32,000 bases of DNA from Acidothermus cellulolyticus 11B (lineage in GTDB: Bacteria; Actinomycetota; Actinomycetes; Acidothermales; Acidothermaceae), in assembly GCF_000015025.1 (NCBI RefSeq), contig NC_008578.1, positions 2,250,001-2,282,000 of the forward strand, in the 5' to 3' direction. The number at the start of each line of letters is the position of its first letter. The first letter of the stretch is position 1. The translations under genes were made by a program, and so were the position numbers. Shown here in pieces: positions 24,487 through 32,000 of the stretch. The notes under the pieces are model-generated. The model had not been told where the DNA came from, did not search any database, and saw only the letters and a program-made list of their open reading frames with translations.

Positions 24487-25527
24487 ATGGGCGTCGACCG
24501 CGACTGGGAAGGCGTGCGATTGCACGTTGTCACCGGAAAGGGCGGCACGGGCAAGACAACCGTGGCCGCCGCCCTGGCCCTCGCCCTGGCCAGCGACGGA
24601 CGGCGAGCCCTGCTCGTCGAATGCGAGGGACGCCAGGGGATCGCCCGCCTCTTCGACACCCCGCCGTTGCCGTACGCCGAACGGAAACTGGCCGTCGCCC
24701 CCGGTGAAGGCATGGTGTACGGCCTGGCCATTGACCCCGAACAGGCGCTCCTCGAATACCTCGAGATGTATTACCACCTGGGCCGCCCCGCCCGGGTTCT
24801 GCAACGGGTGGGTGCCATCGATTTCGCCACGACCATCGCACCGGGCCTTCGGGACGTTCTCCTCACCGGCAAGGTGTACGAAGCAACCCGACGGCGGTTC
24901 AGCGGGAGCCGTCCGGCCAGAACCGCTGCGCGGATCGTCCGTCACGACGGCGTGCCGGCCGATGCCTACGTGTACGACGCCGTGGTGCTCGACGCGCCAC
25001 CGACCGGCCGGATCACCCGTTTCCTCAACGTCAATGCCGAGGTCGCCGACCTTGCCCGAGTTGGTCCGATCAACCGGCAGGCAGCATCGATCATGAGCCT
25101 GCTCCGATCACCACAGACCGCCGTCCACCTAGTGACAGTCTTGGAAGACATGCCGGTGCAGGAGACCCTGGACGGGATCGCGGAGCTGCGCCGCCAGCAA
25201 CTTCCCGTCGGGGCAATCGTGATCAATAGGGTGCAGCCGGCTCATCTGCCGACCTCGGCGTTGCGGGCCGTCGCCCGCGGCGAGGTCGACACCGCGGCGC
25301 TGCAACGCGGCCTCGCGAAACTCGGCATAGCCGCCGAACCGTCCACCGTCGACGCCCTCGCAGCCGAGACCATCGATGCGGCACGGACGGCGGTACGGGA
25401 GCGGCGTCTCCGGCACACGCTGTCCCAGGCGGGCCGCCCGACGTACGACCTCCCCGAACTGGACATCGGCGACATTGCCCGGCTGTACACGCTGGCCGCC
25501 GCACTTCGCGAGCAAGGAGCGGCATGA
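24487..25527 (+). CDS. ArsA/Get3-like P-loop ATPase (Rv3679-like)
   Basis: Deviant Walker A TGKGGTGKTTVAAALA, and DAVVLDAPPTG. 346 aa. Confidence 0.85.
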   Translation: MGVDRDWEGVRLHVVTGKGGTGKTTVAAALALALASDGRRALLVECEGRQGIARLFDTPPLPYAERKLAVAPGEGMVYGLAIDPEQALLEYLEMYYHLGRPARVLQRVGAIDFATTIAPGLRDVLLTGKVYEATRRRFSGSRPARTAARIVRHDGVPADAYVYDAVVLDAPPTGRITRFLNVNAEVADLARVGPINRQAASIMSLLRSPQTAVHLVTVLEDMPVQETLDGIAELRRQQLPVGAIVINRVQPAHLPTSALRAVARGEVDTAALQRGLAKLGIAAEPSTVDALAAETIDAARTAVRERRLRHTLSQAGRPTYDLPELDIGDIARLYTLAAALREQGAA

Positions 25528-26879
25528 CGGCCAACGACTCCGTGCTGCCGCCGGCAGAAGAATCGACGCCGCTGGCAAGCGAATCGACCCGGCGGGCTCC
25601 GCGCCGCAGCTCACCGACGCTGCCGTCATCCCTCCACGCGGACGCGCCGGCCGACCAGCCTGCGCCGATTCGGACTCGTCGTTCTCCGGCGTCTGCCCGC
25701 CCGACGAGATCGACGCCGCGCCACCGGCAACCGACGAACGGTACGCCGTCGGGCGTCCGTGCTCCCCGATTGGACGTCGACGCCCTGCTGATGAATCCCG
25801 GGACCCAAATCATCGTGTGCTGCGGCTCGGGCGGTGTAGGGAAGACGACCCTGGCCGCCGCGCTCGGCCTGCGCGCCGCCGAAGCCGGCCGGCGGGTCGT
25901 CACGCTGACGATCGACCCGGCGAGACGGCTGGCGCAGTCGCTGGGAATGACCGAACTGGACAACACGCCGCGTCCGGTGCCGGGCGTCCGCGGAACGGGC
26001 GAGCTGCACGCCATGATGCTCGACATGAAACGGACTTTCGACGAAATCGTCGAAGCCCACACCACACCGGCGCGCGCCGCGCAAATTTTAGCCAATCCTT
26101 TTTACCAGTCGTTGTCCTCCAGTTTCGCCGGCACTCAGGAATACATGGCGATGGAGAAGCTCGGCCAGCTCAAGGCGTCCGGGCGGTTCGATCTCATCGT
26201 CGTCGACACCCCGCCCGCGCGGTCGGCGCTGGATTTCCTTGATGCCCCGGCACGGCTTGCCCGGTTTCTTGACGGCCGGTTCATCCGGACATTGCTGGTG
26301 CCCACTGGCCGCGGATATCTGCGCGTCGTGCACGCCGGCCTGCAGTTCGTCACGGCGACAATGACGCGCTTACTGGGAGCCGCGCTGCTCGCGGATGTGC
26401 AGACCTTCGTTGCCGCGATGGACACCATGTTCGGCGGCCTGAGGGAACGGGCGGAGGCAACCGCTCGGTTGCTCCGCACGCCCGGCACGGCATTCGTGGT
26501 CGTCGCCGCACCGGAACCGGACGCACTTCGGGAGGCGTCGTACTTCATCGAACGGCTCATCGAAGACAACCTGCCGCTCGCAGGCGTGGTGATAAACCGG
26601 CTTCACCTGAGCGGAGCACCCGAAATTTCCGCCGCCCAAGCACGCGCCGCCGCCGAAACGCTCGACGGCGCAGCGGACGACGACACGGTCTTCGCCGCCG
26701 CCGTATTACGCACCCATGCCCAGCGAATGGAAATCGCAGCGGTGGAGCACAAACGGCTACACGGTTTCACGGTCGCGCATCCGCGGGTACCGGTCGCCTT
26801 CGCCCCCGCGTTCGCCGACGACATTCACGATGTGGCGGCGCTGCGCACTCTGGGATCCTCGATCGCGGCCGGCACGTGA
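25524..26879 (+). CDS. ArsA/Get3-like P-loop ATPase (Rv3680-like) with a long disordered N-terminal extension
   Basis: CGSGGVGKTTLAAAL P-loop and DLIVVDTPP. ATGA overlap with the upstream ArsA-like gene at 25524-25527. Confidence 0.85.
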   Translation: MTANDSVLPPAEESTPLASESTRRAPRRSSPTLPSSLHADAPADQPAPIRTRRSPASARPTRSTPRHRQPTNGTPSGVRAPRLDVDALLMNPGTQIIVCCGSGGVGKTTLAAALGLRAAEAGRRVVTLTIDPARRLAQSLGMTELDNTPRPVPGVRGTGELHAMMLDMKRTFDEIVEAHTTPARAAQILANPFYQSLSSSFAGTQEYMAMEKLGQLKASGRFDLIVVDTPPARSALDFLDAPARLARFLDGRFIRTLLVPTGRGYLRVVHAGLQFVTATMTRLLGAALLADVQTFVAAMDTMFGGLRERAEATARLLRTPGTAFVVVAAPEPDALREASYFIERLIEDNLPLAGVVINRLHLSGAPEISAAQARAAAETLDGAADDDTVFAAAVLRTHAQRMEIAAVEHKRLHGFTVAHPRVPVAFAPAFADDIHDVAALRTLGSSIAAGT

Positions 26880-26911
26880 CCGCACGAGACGGCGCTGTTG
26901 GACGGGCTTTC

Positions 26912-27220
26912 TCAGCTCGCTGCAGAGACGCCGTCACGATGGCTGCGTTCGAAATCCTCCATCGCTGCGGCAAGCAGGCGGCGCCACGACGTCACGTTGG
27001 GCCGGCGGCGGAGCAACGCGCGCCGCTCCCGTTCCGTCAAACCGCCCCACACCCCGAATTCCACCCGATTGTCCAGCGCATCGGCCAGGCACTCGGCCCG
27101 CACCGGGCACCGGTAGCAGATCGCCTTTGCCCGGTTCTGCGCCGCACCCTGCACGAACAATGCGTCCGGATCGACATTCCGGCAGGCCGCATACGCCGCC
27201 CAGTCTTTGATCCACGCCAT
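26912..27220 (-). CDS. whiB4: WhiB-family Fe-S transcription factor (WhiB4/WblA orthologue by sequence and synteny)
   Basis: C-X-C-X2-C-X5-C cysteines (ACRNVDPDALF...AICYRCPVRAEC) and the GVWGG turn. There is strong similarity to remembered Mtb WhiB4 (DPDELFVRGAAQ...DALDNKVEFGVWGG). The ATG at 27220 is preferred over 27259. Confidence 0.9.
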   Translation of the reverse strand: MAWIKDWAAYAACRNVDPDALFVQGAAQNRAKAICYRCPVRAECLADALDNRVEFGVWGGLTERERRALLRRRPNVTSWRRLLAAAMEDFERSHRDGVSAAS

Positions 27221-27430
27221 GATCGCCCCGTTCCGTCCACCGGCGCGGCGAGCGCCCACAGCAACCCGTCAACGCCTACCCCCCTTGGTGCACATCGCCG
27301 GCTGCACCTGCACAACCGCCCGATGTGTTCTTCGACGGTAGAGAAGATGCGGACGGCGGACCAGACTCCGTTCGGCCCATTTCCCGGTGGTCCATGCGGA
27401 CCATACCCTCCGTGACCGGCTGGCCACGCG

Positions 27431-29947
27431 ATGAGACCGTCGCAGGTGCGATGCGCCATTGTCCGCCGCGGGTACCCTGCAGGGGTGGCCACTGGGACGT
27501 CGACCGAAGGCCGGCTTGGGCCCGGCCGGATCTTCGGGCACCTCCTGACCCTCGGCTTCCTTGCACTACTCACCGGGGCGCTGGTAGCCGCCCTGGCCCT
27601 TCCGGTCGTCGGCGGCGCGGGCCTCGCCGTCCGCGACATGATCGGCAACATCAGCTTCACCGACCTGCCGCCCGAGCTCCAGACTCCGCCGTTGGCGCAA
27701 CGCTCAGTGATCCTCGCCGCTGACGGTACGGAACTGGCCACCTTCTACTACGAAAACCGGCAGTCAGTTTCGCTGTCGGACGTCGCCCCGGATATGCGGG
27801 AAGCAATCGTCGCCATCGAAGACGCCCGCTTCTACGAACACCACGGCATTGATCCCATCGGCATTCTGCGCGCGTTGATCCGTGACACGTCGAGCGGATC
27901 CGCGGTACAGGGGGCATCGACGATCACGCAGCAGTACGTCCGCCAGGCGCTGGTGGAAATCAACACGCAGAACGAGAATCAAGCAGGCGCCAAGGCCGCG
28001 ACGGCCAAAACGTTGAGCCGAAAGCTCACCGAAGCGCGCTACGCACTCGCCCTGGAACAGAAGCTGTCAAAGGACCAAATTCTTGAGGATTACCTGAATA
28101 CCGTGTATTTCGGCAGCGGCGCATACGGGATCGCCGCCGCCGCTCAGCACTACTTCAGCGAGGATCCATCCCAGCTCACCCTGCCGCAGGCCGCCCTCCT
28201 TGCGGGCGTCGTCAATAACCCGAGCCGCTTCGACCCCATCCTCAATCCACAGGACGCGCTTGCCCGGCGGAATGTCGTCCTCCAGCGGATGGCTGATCTG
28301 CACTACATTACGCAGGCGCAGGCGGACGCCGCGATGCAGGCTCCGATCGGCTTGAAAGTCTCAAAAATCCCCAACGGCTGCGCCACGTCCGTCGCGCCGT
28401 TCTTCTGCCAATACGTCGTCGACGAAATTCTGAACAATCCCGCCTTCGGGCCGACCCGGGCCGCGCGGACCAACTTACTCCTCCGCGGCGGGCTCACGAT
28501 ATCGACAACGCTCGACATGCACATGCAGGCCGCTGCACAGAACGCCGTCAATACCGTCATACCTCCGGACCCAACGAAAAACGCGGGACTCGCGGCCGCG
28601 ATCGATATCGTCGACCCGAAGACCGGTGCAATCCGGGCAATGGCCGTGGACCGTGCATTCGGCAGCGGCGAAGGCGAGACCGAAGTGAACCTCGCCGCGG
28701 ACTTGGCCCACGGCGGCTCGAGCGGCCGACACGCCGGCTCCACTTTCAAAATCTTCGTGCTCGCCAGTGCTTTGCAGCAAGGCATTCCGACCGGGCTCAC
28801 TCTGGTGTCACCGAACCGCATCACCATCAAGAAAGGTGCGATGACGGACTGCAACGGCGCTCCGACAAGTGAATGGAACGTCGCCAATGCGGGCGACAGC
28901 GAAGCCGGTACGTTCGACATGGTGCAGGCCACGAAACTCTCCGTGAACACCTATTTCGCCCAGCTGGAGGAGAAGACCGGGCTCTGCAAGCCGATCCAAA
29001 TCGCGGAAGCGATGGGAGTACGGCAAGCCACCGGGGCGCCGCTCGACCAGGTGCCCTCGTTCGTGCTCGGTGCCGAGGACGTCGACCCGCTCACGATCGC
29101 CGGTGCGTTTGCGACTCTTGCCAATCAAGGCACCTACTGTCCGCCGTTCGCCATCACCGCGGTCACCCGCCAACTCGGCGATACAACCACCTCGATTCAG
29201 GTGCCCGCGTCCACCTGCCGACGGGCAATCGACCCGGCCATCGCGAACGGCGTGACGTCCTTGCTCACCCACGTCCTCGAGCCCGGCGGCACCGGCGCGG
29301 GCCTGGGCATCGGCCGGCCGGCGGCGGGCAAGACCGGAACTGACGATGAATACCGCAACGCGTGGTTCAGCGGCTACACCCCGAATCTGGCTGCCTCGGT
29401 GTGGGTGGGGAATCCCGACTCGACGACGCCGATGCGCGCAATCACCGTGAACGGTCACTACTACCGGGAGGTGTTCGGGGCGACCTTGGCCGGTCCCATC
29501 TGGCAGAAAGCCATGCAGGAGGCGGTGAAGAACCTACCGGTGCAAGCGTTTCCCCAAGCGCCGGACAGCGTGCTGAAGGGTCAGCCCATCACCGTGCCGG
29601 ACGTCGCCGGTCAGGATCCGCAGACGGCGGTGACCACCTTGCAACAGCTGGGTCTGGTCGTCACGGTCGATCCGACCCCGGTGTACTCCGACCAACCGGC
29701 CAATACCGTGGCCGGCACCGACCCGCCGGCCGGCTCGACCGTGTACGTGGGCAACACCATCACCGTGCACCTGAGCAACGGAGCAGGGCCTTCTCCGTCG
29801 GCCAGCCTTAGCCCGTCGGCGTCCCCATCGGCCACGGAATCGCCGTCCGCCAGCCCGTCGCCGTCGGCTTCGTCCAGCCCGCCGCTCATCGTCCCGCTCC
29901 CGCCGCCTCACCACCCGGGGCGTGGCGCACCGACCCCCTCCGGCTGA
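27431..29947 (+). CDS. ponA2: Class A penicillin-binding protein (transglycosylase + transpeptidase + PASTA), PonA2-like
   Basis: GT51 motifs EDARFYEHHGID, GASTITQQ and RKLTEA. Transpeptidase motifs STFK, SVN and KTGT. A PASTA-like segment, ITVPDVAGQD...ITVHLS, and an SPSA-rich tail. Confidence 0.9.
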   Translation: MRPSQVRCAIVRRGYPAGVATGTSTEGRLGPGRIFGHLLTLGFLALLTGALVAALALPVVGGAGLAVRDMIGNISFTDLPPELQTPPLAQRSVILAADGTELATFYYENRQSVSLSDVAPDMREAIVAIEDARFYEHHGIDPIGILRALIRDTSSGSAVQGASTITQQYVRQALVEINTQNENQAGAKAATAKTLSRKLTEARYALALEQKLSKDQILEDYLNTVYFGSGAYGIAAAAQHYFSEDPSQLTLPQAALLAGVVNNPSRFDPILNPQDALARRNVVLQRMADLHYITQAQADAAMQAPIGLKVSKIPNGCATSVAPFFCQYVVDEILNNPAFGPTRAARTNLLLRGGLTISTTLDMHMQAAAQNAVNTVIPPDPTKNAGLAAAIDIVDPKTGAIRAMAVDRAFGSGEGETEVNLAADLAHGGSSGRHAGSTFKIFVLASALQQGIPTGLTLVSPNRITIKKGAMTDCNGAPTSEWNVANAGDSEAGTFDMVQATKLSVNTYFAQLEEKTGLCKPIQIAEAMGVRQATGAPLDQVPSFVLGAEDVDPLTIAGAFATLANQGTYCPPFAITAVTRQLGDTTTSIQVPASTCRRAIDPAIANGVTSLLTHVLEPGGTGAGLGIGRPAAGKTGTDDEYRNAWFSGYTPNLAASVWVGNPDSTTPMRAITVNGHYYREVFGATLAGPIWQKAMQEAVKNLPVQAFPQAPDSVLKGQPITVPDVAGQDPQTAVTTLQQLGLVVTVDPTPVYSDQPANTVAGTDPPAGSTVYVGNTITVHLSNGAGPSPSASLSPSASPSATESPSASPSPSASSSPPLIVPLPPPHHPGRGAPTPSG

Positions 29948-29960
29948 AGCGGTCAGCCGG
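29940..29960. terminator. 8-bp-stem hairpin CCGGCTGA-agcgg-TCAGCCGG between convergent genes
   Basis: The left arm contains the ponA2 TGA stop and the right arm contains the TCA (the stop of the minus-strand gene). It is a possible bidirectional terminator. Confidence 0.4.
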
Positions 29961-30417
29961 CAAGCTGCTGCCGAACCTCGGCGGCGATCCGCGAACCGTC
30001 CGCGCGGCCGCTCAGGCGGGCGGTCAGCAGCTTCATGACCGGGCCGATGAAACGAGCCCCCTCCGGACCGGGGACCGCGCCAACCTCGGCGATGGCCTCG
30101 CGAACCGCGGCGCGCAACTCGTCATCGCTCAACGGCTCAGGTAAATATGCGGCGATCACCTCGGCCTCGGCCCGTTCCCGATCGGCGAGATCCTGCCGGC
30201 CGGCCGCGGCAAAGGCTTCGGCTGCCTCGTCCCGTTTCTTCCGCTCCCGAAGAAGAACCTTGATGATGTCCTCGTCGGTGAGCGTACGGGCCGTCGCGCC
30301 GCTCACCTCTTCGGTGGTAATCGCCGCGAGGGCCATCCGGAGTGTCGCGGTTCGCACCTCATCACGGGCCTTGATCGCGTGTGCGAGGTCAGCGCGGAGT
30401 CGCTCCTTGAGGGACAT
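29953..30417 (-). CDS. GatB/YqeY domain-containing protein
   Basis: MSLKERLRADLAHAIKARDEVRTATLRMALAAI... is the canonical YqeY N-terminus. The track start at 30507 would add 30 aa containing a duplicated decapeptide. Confidence 0.85.
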   Translation of the reverse strand: MSLKERLRADLAHAIKARDEVRTATLRMALAAITTEEVSGATARTLTDEDIIKVLLRERKKRDEAAEAFAAAGRQDLADRERAEAEVIAAYLPEPLSDDELRAAVREAIAEVGAVPGPEGARFIGPVMKLLTARLSGRADGSRIAAEVRQQLAG

Positions 30418-30431
30418 ACTGTTCAGTCTCG

Positions 30432-30491
30432 CATCGCTGCCCGGTGCGCCCGGGCGTTCCTCATCGCTGCCCGGCGCGCCCGGGCGTTCCT
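30432..30491. repeat. 30-bp tandem duplication CATCGCTGCCCGG(T/C)GCGCCCGGGCGTTCCT x2, each copy holding the palindrome CGCCCGGGCG
   Basis: Copies at 30432-30461 and 30462-30491 with one mismatch. A degenerate third copy of the core lies at 30532-30555. Confidence 0.9.
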
Positions 30492-30645
30492 CCAACGGAA
30501 TCTGCATCCGGGCGATTGGACGTCCCGCCTACCCGGTGCGACCGGGCGTCCCTCCGGGAATCGGTTCCCGAGCCGGTGTCCCGCGCTCGGGGCGGTCGGC
30601 GAAGAGCCCGCTGACCATACACCGGTTTCTGGAAGACTAGCCGGC

Positions 30646-31545
30646 ATGGTCACTCGTTCGGTGTGGCTCGTCCCCCTCGGCCTGGCAACCGCGGCCGTCG
30701 GTTACGCGGCCGGCATCGAGCGCCGGACTCCCGTGCTCCGCCGCGTCACCGTGCCCGTCCTGCCGGAGGGTGAACGACCGCTGCGCGTGCTTCACATCTC
30801 GGACGCACACCTCACGCCGCGACAGGGCTGGAAACGCCGGTGGCTCAGGAAACTCGACGACCTCCAACCGGACGTCATCGTCAACACCGGGGACAGCATC
30901 GCCCACCCGGAGGCCGTACCGGCTTTTGTTGACGCGATTCAACCGCTGCTCGCCCGGCCCGGCGTCTTCGTCCTGGGCTCAAACGATCGCTACGCGCCTC
31001 GGTTCAAGAATCCGCTCCGCTACCTTCTCCCGGACGACGGACGGCGGGTTCACGGGCCGATGTTGCCGTGGCGGGAATTGGTTGATTCCCTCGAGCGCCA
31101 CGGCTGGCGACACCTCGGAAACGCCCGTGCCGTGCTTGAAATCGGGGGGCGTCGGGTGGAGTTCCGCGGCGTCGACGACCCGCACATCTGGTGTGACCGG
31201 TACGACGACATCGCCGGCCCCGTCGACCGGAATGTGCTGATCGGCATCGGAGTCACGCATTCACCGGAGCCGAGGGTCGTGTCCCGGATGGCCGCCGATG
31301 GTTGCCGGCTCGTGCTCGCCGGACACACCCACGGCGGTCAACTCCGCGTGCCGTTCTACGGAGCCCTCGTCACCAACTGCGGCCTCGATCGACGCCGAGC
31401 GCGGGGACTCTCACGGTACGACGCCACCTGGCTGCACGTTTCCGCGGGACTGGGAACGTCGCCGCTTGCGCCCGTGCGGTTCTCCTGTCCACCGGAGGCG
31501 ACGCTGATCACGCTGGTTGGCCGCGACCACGCGCCCGTCGGCTGA
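30646..31545 (+). CDS. Metallophosphoesterase (Rv3683-like)
   Basis: N-terminal TM segment, then VLHISDAH, NTGDS and LAGHTHGGQ motifs. Trimmed to the ATG at 30646 (GGAAGA upstream). The track start at 30379 is over-extended. Confidence 0.85.
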   Translation: MVTRSVWLVPLGLATAAVGYAAGIERRTPVLRRVTVPVLPEGERPLRVLHISDAHLTPRQGWKRRWLRKLDDLQPDVIVNTGDSIAHPEAVPAFVDAIQPLLARPGVFVLGSNDRYAPRFKNPLRYLLPDDGRRVHGPMLPWRELVDSLERHGWRHLGNARAVLEIGGRRVEFRGVDDPHIWCDRYDDIAGPVDRNVLIGIGVTHSPEPRVVSRMAADGCRLVLAGHTHGGQLRVPFYGALVTNCGLDRRRARGLSRYDATWLHVSAGLGTSPLAPVRFSCPPEATLITLVGRDHAPVG

Positions 31546-31580
31546 CACCAGAAAATACAGGCGCAATGGGCTCGACCACG

Positions 31581-31657
<77 letters not shown>

Positions 31658-31738
31658 TCGACCGGGAGCAGTGTAGTCGAAGCAGCTCAAGACGAAGCAC
31701 CGAGGGAGTGATCCCGCCCGGCTAACCAACGTGGACCG

Positions 31739-32000
31739 CTACACCCCGACATTCTCGGCGCTGAGCATCCAGGCGTGCTTCTCAAGGTCTGTGATGATTT
31801 CCTGCAGCATATTCGCGGTGGGCGGATCCTCGGCTTCGACGTCCGGCAGCACCCGGCGGACCGTCGCAGCCGCACGGACAAGTCGTTCGGTCATCAGGTC
31901 GACGACACGCTTCGTGCTCTGCTCACCGGGCGGAAAGGCTGGCAGCGACGTCGAACCGGCGACCGTCGCCGTCCGGCCGTCCGGCGTCGCGTGCAATGCC
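31739..32000 (-). CDS. Dps/ferritin-like protein, C-terminal part (the N-terminus lies beyond the window)
   Basis: The C-terminal ...DPPTANMLQEIITDLEKHAWMLSAE resembles the conserved D..T.DLL..I...LEK..WML.A end of Dps proteins. The reading frame stays open to the window edge. Confidence 0.5.
   Translation of the reverse strand, partial: ALHATPDGRTATVAGSTSLPAFPPGEQSTKRVVDLMTERLVRAAATVRRVLPDVEAEDPPTANMLQEIITDLEKHAWMLSAENVGV

Noticed and set aside
30418-30507. 30-aa N-terminal extension of the GatB/YqeY-like protein, containing EERPGAPGSD twice.
   Set aside because: The family N-terminus aligns with MSLKERL at 30417. The extension is generated by the 30-bp tandem duplication and neither candidate start has a good SD sequence. 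It is kept as an open question in the findings rather than annotated as coding.

Overview
High-GC (about 70%) actinobacterial chromosomal core region, densely coded, with no mobile elements, CRISPR arrays or rRNA. From memory, the gene order matches the conserved block known as M. tuberculosis Rv3649-Rv3683 and S. coelicolor SCO3548-SCO3580. In order: a BldG-type anti-sigma antagonist with the N-terminus of its partner anti-sigma kinase; a DECH-box/DUF1998 helicase; a seven-gene Tad/Flp-like 'helicase/secretion neighbourhood' pilus operon (two TadE-like genes, flp, tadC, tadB, tadA, ssd/cpaE-like); a 6C-type sRNA; acs; a cation:proton antiporter; a CtaG-like/SCO copper pair; marP; a DUF309 gene; an epoxide-hydrolase-like gene; a NUDIX gene; a TlpA-like gene; nth; an RsiG-like coiled-coil gene; crp; a small membrane protein; an MBL hydrolase; a NUDIX gene; RidA; DUF4177; two ArsA/Get3-like ATPases; whiB4/wblA; ponA2; a GatB/YqeY gene; a metallophosphoesterase; tRNA-Pro(CGG); and a partial Dps-like gene. 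Many longest-ORF calls in the supplied track are over-extended or are antisense high-GC artefacts. Starts were trimmed using family N-termini, Shine-Dalgarno sequences and ATGA/GTGA overlaps. The points most worth a second look are: (1) a protein between nth and crp that carries the RsiG-type c-di-GMP-binding signature; (2) a 6C sRNA with two C-rich loops directly upstream of the tad-like operon; (3) an Flp prepilin with an unusually long leader and no prepilin peptidase nearby; (4) a recurring pattern of young short tandem duplications (20-36 bp) in at least seven places, mostly in promoter regions. Nothing here can be shown from sequence alone to be a wholly new system. The RsiG-like/crp pair and the helicase-Tad-6C neighbourhood are the best candidates for under-described biology.
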